Assembly (NCBI GenBank): GCA_949300025.1
Contig: CASGCS010000014.1
Coordinates: 39,483 to 103,482, forward strand
Source: an uncultured bacterium
Lineage (GTDB): Bacteria; Bacteroidota; Bacteroidia; Bacteroidales; UBA932
DNA: 64,000 nucleotides
Direction of reading: 5' to 3'
Every line of letters begins with the position of its first letter. Position 1 is the stretch's first letter. Positions 18,868-26,577 of this stretch are shown in pieces. The translations under genes were made by a program, and so were the position numbers. The notes below the pieces were generated by a model. It ran no database searches. It worked only from the letters and a program-made list of their open reading frames with translations, and was not told the origin of the DNA.

Positions 18868-20286
18868 ATGACTCGGAAGAGTTTACTGCTGGTAGTCTTC
18901 TGTCTGCTTGTCGCTCCGCTGTTGCATGCGGGGGAGACTGCGGTCGACTCGGCCCGTATCTATTACAGGCTGGGCTACCGCTATGTAGACACTTCGTTGC
19001 GCAACAACGGCGCTGTGCTCAAGAATCTGTGTGCCAAAATAGAAAAGACACTGCAGGAGGAGACACTCGAGAAAGTGGTAATTTATTCTTATACCTCTCC
19101 CGACGGAAGCAACAAGGCCAATACTGCGTTGGCTGCAAGGCGTGCAGACTCTTTGGAATCATGGATTTTGCGCAACACGCCTCTTCCCGCGCCGATGCTC
19201 GAGAAAAATTCCGGAGGAATAGCCTGGGACCTTTTGAGAGATGCCGTATCAAAGAGTGAGATGCAGTACAAGGCGGAAGTGCTCCGCATACTGGACAACA
19301 CGCCTGTCTGGGTTTTCGACAGCAACAACCGTGTTGTAAGCAGCCGCAAAAAAGAGTTGATGGACCTGAAGGGAGGTATCCCCTACCGCTATATGTATGA
19401 ACATCTTTTCCCCGATTTGCGCAGCAGCATTTCAGTATTGCTCTATATAAGCGTTCCTGAGCCGCAGGCAGAAGAGACATATCCTGCCGCAACTGAAAAA
19501 GATATGGTTGCTACAGTTCCGGAAGAAAGTGCAATCCCCGCTACAGAAAAGAGTGAGGCGGTTGCACCTGATGAGAAGGCAACGGCTGTCATTCCTGAAA
19601 AAGACATGGTTGCAACTGTTCCGGAAGAAAGTGCAACCCCCGCTGCAGAAAAGAGTGAGGCGGTTGCCCCTGATGAGAAGACAACGGCAGCTGTTCCTGA
19701 ACAAGAGAGATATGAGCCTCTTCACAAACTTGCACTCAAAACCAATATGCTTTACGATGCGCTGGCTGTTCCCAACATCGGCGTGGAGTTCTATCTAGGC
19801 AAGAACTGGTCCATATCGGGCAACTGGATGTACGGGTGGTGGAACTCTGACAGCAAGCACCGCTATTGGAGGATATACGGCGGCGAAATCGCCGTCCGCA
19901 AATGGTTAGGCAAAAAGGCCTCCGAGAAACCGCTGACCGGACATCATCTGGGCGTTTACGGCCAGCTGTTCACCTACGACTTCGAGTGGAACGGCACCGG
20001 TTATATGGGCGGCGAACCCGGCAAGAGCCTCTGGAACAGCCCCAACTATGCGGCAGGCGTGGAATACGGCTATTCGCTGCCGATAGGCCGCAGGCTGAAC
20101 ATTGACTTCACCGTCGGCGTGGGCTACTGGGGCGGAACATATTACACCTACACTCCGCTTGACGGACACTATGTGTGGGAGGCGACCAAAAAACGCCACT
20201 GGTTCGGGCCTACCAAGGCGGAAATCTCCTTGGTATGGCTGCTCGGACGCGGCAACAGCAATAACTGGAAAGGAGGTCTGAAATGA
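18868..20286 (+). CDS. DUF3868 (OmpA_C-like) N-domain, repeat linker and DUF3575-like beta-barrel; first gene of the right pilus operon
   Basis: ORF from 18823; a signal peptide begins at ATG 18868 (MTRKSLLLVVFCLL). The barrel half shares long identical runs with the 17325-18599 product (KTNMLYD, EFYLGKNWSI, KPLTGHHLGVYGQ). Confidence 0.65.
   Translation: MTRKSLLLVVFCLLVAPLLHAGETAVDSARIYYRLGYRYVDTSLRNNGAVLKNLCAKIEKTLQEETLEKVVIYSYTSPDGSNKANTALAARRADSLESWILRNTPLPAPMLEKNSGGIAWDLLRDAVSKSEMQYKAEVLRILDNTPVWVFDSNNRVVSSRKKELMDLKGGIPYRYMYEHLFPDLRSSISVLLYISVPEPQAEETYPAATEKDMVATVPEESAIPATEKSEAVAPDEKATAVIPEKDMVATVPEESATPAAEKSEAVAPDEKTTAAVPEQERYEPLHKLALKTNMLYDALAVPNIGVEFYLGKNWSISGNWMYGWWNSDSKHRYWRIYGGEIAVRKWLGKKASEKPLTGHHLGVYGQLFTYDFEWNGTGYMGGEPGKSLWNSPNYAAGVEYGYSLPIGRRLNIDFTVGVGYWGGTYYTYTPLDGHYVWEATKKRHWFGPTKAEISLVWLLGRGNSNNWKGGLK
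19495..19698 (+). repeat. in-frame tandem duplication, 2 x 102 nt (34-aa unit EKDMVATVPEESA.PA.EKSEAVAPDEK.TA.(I/V)P)
   Basis: Units 19495-19596 and 19597-19698 align with a handful of substitutions. Confidence 0.85.
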
Positions 20287-21320
20287 AACGGTTTTCCTTG
20301 AAATATATTCCCCTTCTGGCGGGGACACTGACAGTATTGGCTTCATGTGAGCATAAGGAGCTGTGTTTCGACCATGACGTGCACGCGCCGAAATCAGCCG
20401 TGCACATACAGGCCGGGTACGAACAGGAATGGGAACTCACGGGCGAGGGCGGAACCGACTGGGAAAGCATGTGGAAGGAGGAGTTCGGCATGGAATACGA
20501 CGAACTGCGCCCCACCACCCCCGAAGGGCTGCGAATCCAGTTCTATCATGAGGACGGCACAGGCAGCATGCACAATGCCGCCCCGGAAGGCGATGTCCTG
20601 CATGTACGGCCGGGACAGCATTCCATACTGCTTTACAACAACGATACGGAGTATATCGTCTTCGATGACATGGGCTCCTTCGCGTCGGCCCGTGCCACGA
20701 CCCGCACGCGCACCCGTTCCTCTTATCTTGGAAACTCCTACATGGAGAGCACCGACGAGAATACGGTGAATGAGCCCGATATGCTTTATGGCAGCTATAT
20801 AGAAAGCTATACGGCGGAACGCAAGCTGGAGACGGACAAACTGCCTGTCACCATGCATCCGCTGGTATTCCGTTATCTGGTGCGCTACAAGTTCAGCCAC
20901 GGGCTGGAATACGTGGCACTGGCTCGCGGTGCCCTGGCAGGCATGGCGGGCGCAGTATGGCTGAACAGCGGGCGCACCGCCGAAGAACCGGCAACGATAC
21001 TGTACGACTGCACCGTGGAGGATTTCGGGGCGCAGGCGTGTGTACATTCCTTCGGTATTCCCGACTATCCGAACGAGCTCTACACCACCCGGACGGATCG
21101 CAGGTACGGACTGAATCTGGAGGTAATGTTGAAAAACGGGAAAATCAAGTCGTTCGATTTTGATGTGACCGACCAGGTGGCCGCACAGCCGCAGGGCGGT
21201 GTCATTGAGGTGGACGGCATTGAAATCACCGATGAAGAAGGTCTGGAGGGAGGTTCCGGTTTCGATGTGGATATTGATGACTGGGGCGAATATGAGGACA
21301 TCGAACTTCCTTTAAAATAA
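20283..21320 (+). CDS. DUF5119-like lipoprotein, probable Mfa2/FimB-type pilus anchor (right operon)
   Basis: 345 aa; lipoprotein signal then SCEHKELCFDH; ATGA overlap with the upstream gene; C-terminal GSG(F/Y)D..(V/I)DDW motif shared with the paralog. Confidence 0.6.
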   Translation: MKRFSLKYIPLLAGTLTVLASCEHKELCFDHDVHAPKSAVHIQAGYEQEWELTGEGGTDWESMWKEEFGMEYDELRPTTPEGLRIQFYHEDGTGSMHNAAPEGDVLHVRPGQHSILLYNNDTEYIVFDDMGSFASARATTRTRTRSSYLGNSYMESTDENTVNEPDMLYGSYIESYTAERKLETDKLPVTMHPLVFRYLVRYKFSHGLEYVALARGALAGMAGAVWLNSGRTAEEPATILYDCTVEDFGAQACVHSFGIPDYPNELYTTRTDRRYGLNLEVMLKNGKIKSFDFDVTDQVAAQPQGGVIEVDGIEITDEEGLEGGSGFDVDIDDWGEYEDIELPLK

Positions 21321-21362
21321 AGCAAGAATCAATTTATCGTTTTACATTAAAAAAACATCACA

Positions 21363-22406
21363 ATGAAGAAAATCTTTTTAATGGGATTGGCAACCGCCGC
21401 CATGCTGGCAAGTTGCAGCAAGGATGAAACTGTGGAAATGGCCCCGAACACGCGGGCAATCAGTTTCAGCAATGCGTTCGTGGACAATGCGACACGTAGT
21501 GTCGCGGATCCAAGTTTTACGGTAGCTACCTTGGAAAATTTTGCCGTGTACGGTTTCACACAGAACGGCCAGATTTTCGATGACGTAACTGTTTCAAGTG
21601 CAGATAATGGTAGCGCATGGACATACAATCCGATACAGTATTGGGTGGAAGGGAACCAATATGCCTTCGCTGCCATTGCTCCGGAATCTGTTTCTGTCAG
21701 TGGCGAAACACTGACTGGCAGCAGCGTAGCCGACTATAAAGTCGTAATGGCGGTAAGTTTCACCAATGACGGAAAGACAGACCTGCTTTATGCAGCTGCT
21801 GACAATGTTGATGCCGATGACTACTTCATGGCAAGTCCTCAGCCTGTCAGCCTGACATTCAAGCACCAACTGTCAAAGGTGAAGTTCTCGTTCAAGAACA
21901 ACGTGAGCGGAGCTTACAACATCAAGGTGACTGATGTGAAGATTACCAATGCAAAGAGTACAGGAACTCTTACAGTAAGTACTGCTGCTGACAATGTCTG
22001 GAGCAATGTTGGCGGAAATCCGCTTGAACTTAGTTTTGGCGCTGCCGGTACTACGGATGCAAACACAGCTGATGCCATAGCATTTGAAACCGAAGTTGAG
22101 ACCTACAACGAACTGCTGATGATTCCTACCGCAACGACTGAAAGTTATAACGTAACCTTCACGGTGGAACTGCTCAATGGTACTGTTTCTATGGGTACAT
22201 ACAACCACACGGCGACAATTAGCGGCGTAGAGCTGAAACTTGGCTACTGCTACGATTTCGCTGCAGAGCTGAACGCTGATAACATTGTTGTTGATCCGGA
22301 TGATCCGGATGACCCGGATGCCGAACTCAAACCGATTGAATTTACGGTTAATGAAATTACACCTTGGATTGATACAGAAGAAGATAAGACTATTAACATT
22401 CCTTAA
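21363..22406 (+). CDS. fimbrillin-family type V pilus stalk subunit (right operon)
   Basis: 347 aa; lipoprotein signal (AMLASCS), DNATR|S site, LLYAAA, VSLTFKHQLSKVKF, VTDVKITNA...GTLT, LLMIP. Confidence 0.7.
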   Translation: MKKIFLMGLATAAMLASCSKDETVEMAPNTRAISFSNAFVDNATRSVADPSFTVATLENFAVYGFTQNGQIFDDVTVSSADNGSAWTYNPIQYWVEGNQYAFAAIAPESVSVSGETLTGSSVADYKVVMAVSFTNDGKTDLLYAAADNVDADDYFMASPQPVSLTFKHQLSKVKFSFKNNVSGAYNIKVTDVKITNAKSTGTLTVSTAADNVWSNVGGNPLELSFGAAGTTDANTADAIAFETEVETYNELLMIPTATTESYNVTFTVELLNGTVSMGTYNHTATISGVELKLGYCYDFAAELNADNIVVDPDDPDDPDAELKPIEFTVNEITPWIDTEEDKTINIP

Positions 22407-22480
22407 GCAGGGAATGGACAATAACTGATTTCCGCTTTCCAATCATCTCAATGATTCCCGAAAGACGGAATTAAAACAGG

Positions 22481-22509
22481 GTGTAAGGGGTTGAATGTTC
22501 CCCTTACAC
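22481..22509 (+). promoter_or_regulatory. perfect 10-bp stem hairpin between stalk and tip genes
   Basis: gtgtaagggg / ccccttacac with a 9-nt loop; no T-run follows. Confidence 0.5.
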
Positions 22510-22564
22510 TCACTAATAACCGTGATACGGAACTCTCACGGCAAAGCAGATAAAATCATCAGAT

Positions 22565-24739
22565 ATGAAAGCATATAAGAATCGGAACTTGTTTGGCAGC
22601 GCGATGGTACTTCTATCGTGCATTCTGCTCTTCTCTTGCGAAGGCGAGGACATTTTCGACGTAAGTAATGACGGCTACGTCGGAAACTATAGTGAGAGCA
22701 TTTGTTTCGGTGTCTCGCAGGATGGGAACGCACAGACAAGGAGCCTGTCTTCCGACGGCGGAAACGAATATACGGCGGAGCAGTTTGTGCTGCGGTCGCA
22801 GGATTCGGCAGATACGCTTTGTGTCCGAGCCATAGTTTCAGAAGGCATCCATTCATCGAGTGGCAGACAGACCGTTACCCGTGCCACTCCTGTTGCTGAG
22901 GGCAATTTTTATGATGCATTCCACGTGCTGGCATACTGGAAGAAAAACGGGCAGTTGGTACAGGAACAGTTTTACATGGACGAGGATGTTTCCAAAAAAG
23001 GGAACAACCTATGGAGTGCCACCAACACTTATTACTGGCCGGGCAATGGCCACTCCCTCCAGTTCTATGCCTGGGCACCGGAGGATGTCTTCACTGCCAC
23101 TCCACAAGGCCCGACAGAGACAACGCTTGAATATACTGTTCCCTCGGATGTGGCCCTTCAGAATGACCTTCTTGTGACAACCACAGGGGAATTGAACGGC
23201 AACAGCAACACCGTTGTGCCGCTTACCTTCCGGCATATATGTACAGCTGTGCGTTTTGAAACGGGCAGCCAGATGCAGGCGGGAACCATCAGCAGTGTGA
23301 CATTGAAAGGCATCAAGAAAACCGGCACCTATGATATGGCTACCGATACATGGGCATTGACGGAAACCACCGTTGATTTTACGCAGGAACTGAACCATGC
23401 CACGACCGGCACAGAAACCGCAGGAAGTGAAGTGACATCCGCTGCACAGACTTTCATGATGCTGCCGCAGACTTTGTCGGATAGGGCTACGGTAGAGGTA
23501 GTGTTTGTTGATGGAACGACCGGCACCGAGCGGACTCTCTCCGCGTCCATTGCCGGTATGGATTGGCCGCAGGGCACGACCGTGACCTATCGAATTTCCA
23601 TCACGCCGGAATATGAATTTAATCTGTCAGATGAGCGGACACTGGATGCGCACTATGAGATTTACAAGACCAACCTTGTCGTTTCAGGTGTTCCGTCCGG
23701 ACAAAGCTGGACGATTTCAGCACCGGACAATGTAACCATTCAGGCGCAGTCGGACATGAACAGCTGGGCGCAACAGGGATATTGGACGGAAAAAAGGCAG
23801 GAAACCGATGCATCGGGTAATTTGACTGACATCGGCAGTGCACGAGGCGAAGCTTCCTATTCGGGTACGGGTTCAAGAGATTTTCCTATTGCCATATTTG
23901 TTCCGGAGAATATCGGTGATGAAAAGCGTTCTATCGCTTTAAGTGTAACTGTAAACGGCAGTGTCGTACAAACTATAAATATCGAACAATATGCTCCGAG
24001 TTGGTATGGCAGTAATATCGGTTGTGAACGCTTGGAAGGAGATATGCAACCGTGGGGATTCTATTGGAGCAGCGATTTTAAATTGGTCTTTGACCTTACC
24101 AAATGCGACGAGAATGAGAGGCAATCATTGGCTACGTATGTGAATTTCTACCAAAGTTTTATCATACGATTAATTGCTTTTTTAATTGGGATAGATATTC
24201 CTGATTTGAGTTATGTAACGATGGATGCACACGGGGGATTCTTAGGGATTGGAGAGGTTGCTGATAAAATCACGATTGATCTTGGATCTCTTGACGCTGG
24301 CAACATTGCAGAAAGTCAAGATGACGGGCAGCGGAATACTCGCGATATTTATAATTTCGAAGGTATTCAGCTCACAAACAATATCATCAACAGAATACAG
24401 AGCATTCGCGGATATACGATGAAAATTGAAGGCTCCGGCTCTCTTCCGACCAACAATGCAGCTATCGCCTGCATGAAATTGAACAGTTGGAATGTCGTTA
24501 CTGCACAAAATGAAGAGGTGCTTACATTAACTAATGGTACAAACCCGGAGTGGTATCTGCCCGCAAGCGGAGAAATAACGGGTATAAGCGATGATGAGCA
24601 TCCTTTGAGCGGGAATTACTGGACTTCGACGAGCGTACAAGATGGCCATGAGTACGCCTATAAATATGATGCGACCGGAAGCACAAGCCAAGAACGACGT
24701 GATACGCAACTTAATGTCCGTGCTGTCCGTAAAAAATAA
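22565..24739 (+). CDS. large type V pilus tip/accessory adhesin (fimbrillin-like N-terminal region, low-GC C-terminal lectin-like module)
   Basis: 724 aa; lipoprotein signal (LLFSCEGE), NAQTR|S site, LTFRHICTAVRF, ISSVTLKGIKKTGTY, MMLPQ. C-terminal WYLPASGE, NYWTSTS, VRAVRKK resembles a DUF1566-like ending. Confidence 0.6.
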   Translation: MKAYKNRNLFGSAMVLLSCILLFSCEGEDIFDVSNDGYVGNYSESICFGVSQDGNAQTRSLSSDGGNEYTAEQFVLRSQDSADTLCVRAIVSEGIHSSSGRQTVTRATPVAEGNFYDAFHVLAYWKKNGQLVQEQFYMDEDVSKKGNNLWSATNTYYWPGNGHSLQFYAWAPEDVFTATPQGPTETTLEYTVPSDVALQNDLLVTTTGELNGNSNTVVPLTFRHICTAVRFETGSQMQAGTISSVTLKGIKKTGTYDMATDTWALTETTVDFTQELNHATTGTETAGSEVTSAAQTFMMLPQTLSDRATVEVVFVDGTTGTERTLSASIAGMDWPQGTTVTYRISITPEYEFNLSDERTLDAHYEIYKTNLVVSGVPSGQSWTISAPDNVTIQAQSDMNSWAQQGYWTEKRQETDASGNLTDIGSARGEASYSGTGSRDFPIAIFVPENIGDEKRSIALSVTVNGSVVQTINIEQYAPSWYGSNIGCERLEGDMQPWGFYWSSDFKLVFDLTKCDENERQSLATYVNFYQSFIIRLIAFLIGIDIPDLSYVTMDAHGGFLGIGEVADKITIDLGSLDAGNIAESQDDGQRNTRDIYNFEGIQLTNNIINRIQSIRGYTMKIEGSGSLPTNNAAIACMKLNSWNVVTAQNEEVLTLTNGTNPEWYLPASGEITGISDDEHPLSGNYWTSTSVQDGHEYAYKYDATGSTSQERRDTQLNVRAVRKK
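23663..23674. repeat. 12-bp tacaagaccaac (codons YKTN), left copy of an in-frame inverted repeat
   Basis: Exact reverse complement at 26270-26281, where it also encodes YKTN in the minus-strand cassette. Confidence 0.7.
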
Positions 24740-24775
24740 TAAAAGATTGCCTCGCACATAAAATTTTGCGACAAC

Positions 24776-24816
24776 GAGCTCCCTTTTTCTTAATAGAAGA
24801 GGGAGTTTGTTGTTTT
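24776..24816 (+). terminator. intrinsic terminator of the right pilus operon
   Basis: gagctcccttttt / agaagagggagttt extended stem followed by a T-rich tgttgtttt, 37 nt after the stop. Confidence 0.6.
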
Positions 24817-24970
24817 ATACGATACACGGTTTATATGTAACCATGATATTCGATAAAATTTTCCATGAATGCAATGACTGTGTTTTCAATTCCATATTCC
24901 ATTTATAAGATAGGAATCATCTCTTAATCTAAACATCAAACATATCTACCTATTTTACAATAGAATACAT

Positions 24971-26326
24971 TCATATATTGGTTAGTTGCCACCATCCTGC
25001 GTAATCATTTGTGGTATTGCAGGTAGGAATGCCGTCTATCTGGGCAGCAACGCTGTTGTCCTTAAGCTCTACTGTATATTTCCCATACGCATCTTCATTT
25101 TTGGAAATATTTACTATATCGCCTATGAAGGCATGAGAATAATATTGCTCCAAATCGTAGATTCTGTCTGTTACTTCAGAGTCCGGCTCATATACCTTGC
25201 CGAGCGTAATGTCACTTACAGAACAACCCTCTACAAGCACGTTCCTGTCGAATGTCTGCAGGTAACCAATCAAGCCTGCAGCCTGATACAATCCGCTTGA
25301 AAAAAGGGGGCTTATTGTACAGCCTTCAACAGAAGAGCCCTTTACAGAGACATCCTTGGAACTGTTGCTTACAAAACCTATGAGTCCGCCGAGTTTCTGC
25401 TCTCCGGTAATGTCTGCATTCCTGACATGGCAGTTCTCAATGCTGCCCCAGTCCATGCGGCCTGCAAGCGCACCGCCTCTATGGCACGTAACTGTCGCAT
25501 TTTCTATTGTAAGATTCTTTACATTGCCCTGAAGCACATAGAAAAAGCCACCGTAATAATAACCTGCGCCATCTGCATGGCCGGCACCGTCCAGTTCCTC
25601 GAATCGGGTATTCTCCGTATTCACAGGTTCCCACATGTTGCCTTCACTCCCCTCAAGATCAATGTCTGCCGTGAGTACAATCCTGGCACATTTGTTCTCT
25701 TCTGCAAGGTCGAAGGCCTCTCTCAAGAGCTGTGCGTCACCAACGCTGTAAACCTTTACAAAAGCATCGCTTCCCAGAACCAGATTCTCTACCGTGCCGT
25801 AAATTTCCACGCCGCCTTTGTTTACCGTAAGGTTTCCAATGGCAGTACCTTCCGATACGACAAGGGTATCATCTGCGGTAGCCGCCTCTACAGAGCCATA
25901 GCTCCCGCTCAAATATACGGTAGTATTGGGCATGTCAAGCACAAGGGTACCTGTTGTAGATGCATCCAGATTTACGACAGCCGGGAGGTTTGCACCGTCA
26001 CTGTTGCCCTCCTTCAAGGTTATCTTCTTGTCTGAAGCCGGAACTATAATGGAAATCTCGGTTGCAGCATCTGCAAAACAGTTGGGAATTATGATTTCCA
26101 CATCGCCGGCAGGGGCCTCTGCCACTACAATATTTGTCTCTCCTGCCTTGAGCGCATCGGCTATCTCTGCAACAGTCTGCACATAGGCATTGTCATACTC
26201 CTGTTTCTCGAACGCCGGATTTACCGTTACTTCAAAGTTGCCCTCTTTGGTAAGCAGGTTGCCGCTTACGTTGGTCTTGTAGTTGCGTCGGATAGGAACG
26301 CTCTTGAAGATGAATGCCCAAGACAA
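24971..26326 (-). CDS. GLUG-motif repeat protein fragment, 5'-truncated (no signal peptide, TTG-only start); possible silent cassette or pseudogene
   Basis: 451-aa ORF with GGLIGFV, AAGLIGYL, GGALAGRM GLUG-type repeats. It begins at TTG 8 codons after an in-frame TAG (26351-26353); no ATG, lipoprotein signal or promoter box seen upstream. Confidence 0.5.
   Translation of the reverse strand: MSWAFIFKSVPIRRNYKTNVSGNLLTKEGNFEVTVNPAFEKQEYDNAYVQTVAEIADALKAGETNIVVAEAPAGDVEIIIPNCFADAATEISIIVPASDKKITLKEGNSDGANLPAVVNLDASTTGTLVLDMPNTTVYLSGSYGSVEAATADDTLVVSEGTAIGNLTVNKGGVEIYGTVENLVLGSDAFVKVYSVGDAQLLREAFDLAEENKCARIVLTADIDLEGSEGNMWEPVNTENTRFEELDGAGHADGAGYYYGGFFYVLQGNVKNLTIENATVTCHRGGALAGRMDWGSIENCHVRNADITGEQKLGGLIGFVSNSSKDVSVKGSSVEGCTISPLFSSGLYQAAGLIGYLQTFDRNVLVEGCSVSDITLGKVYEPDSEVTDRIYDLEQYYSHAFIGDIVNISKNEDAYGKYTVELKDNSVAAQIDGIPTCNTTNDYAGWWQLTNI
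26270..26281. repeat. 12-bp gttggtcttgta, right copy of the in-frame inverted repeat
   Basis: Reverse complement of 23663-23674; codons 16-19 (YKTN) of the cassette ORF. Confidence 0.7.
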
Positions 26327-26440
26327 GTCTATAGGTCTGCTGAACGACGCCTATTCTGAGGGAGGTTACATCCGGGCTGTCAAGGATGTAAAGCCGCAAC
26401 TGTAATTCATTTACATTAACAGTTACTTTTCTTCGCTTCG

Positions 26441-26477
26441 GGCCCGTCTCCTCTCTTGCAGGTGGCGGGCCTTTTTT
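26441..26477 (+). terminator. orphan plus-strand intrinsic terminator
   Basis: ggcccgtc / ggcgggcc 8-bp stem (one G-U), 15-nt loop, TTTTTT; no plus-strand CDS between 24740 and this site. Confidence 0.55.
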
Positions 26478-26521
26478 ATCGGGGACTGCATCTGCAATAT
26501 GCCGCCATTGCCGCACAGAGT

Positions 26522-26551
26522 TTTGCAAAAGGAAAAAAAAGGCTAAATTTG
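26522..26551 (+). promoter_or_regulatory. Bacteroides-type promoter (-33 TTTG, -7 taaatttg)
   Basis: TTTG 26522-26525 and TAnnTTTG 26544-26551, 18-nt spacer, 27 nt before ATG 26578. Confidence 0.55.
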
Positions 26552-26577
26552 CTCTTCCGACAATTTGAAAGCCATAT

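Noticed and set aside
20394-22442. 217-aa and 189-aa minus-strand ORFs (20394-21047, 21873-22442)
   Set aside because: They are antisense to the anchor and stalk genes of the right pilus operon, with no motifs. The plus-strand frames have lipoprotein signals and paralogs.
24843-24908. 21-codon plus-strand mini-ORF (MIFDKIFHECNDCVFNSIFHL) in the AT-rich spacer after the tip gene
   Set aside because: It is too short and has no promoter or conservation evidence. It is most likely a chance ORF in AT-rich DNA.
26232-26528. 98-aa minus-strand ORF upstream of and overlapping the GLUG cassette, considered as a frameshifted N-terminal continuation of the cassette
   Set aside because: The translation has no signal peptide or fimbrillin motifs and runs across the terminator hairpin. 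At most about 30 codons could belong to a former gene, so the cassette is truncated rather than merely frameshifted.
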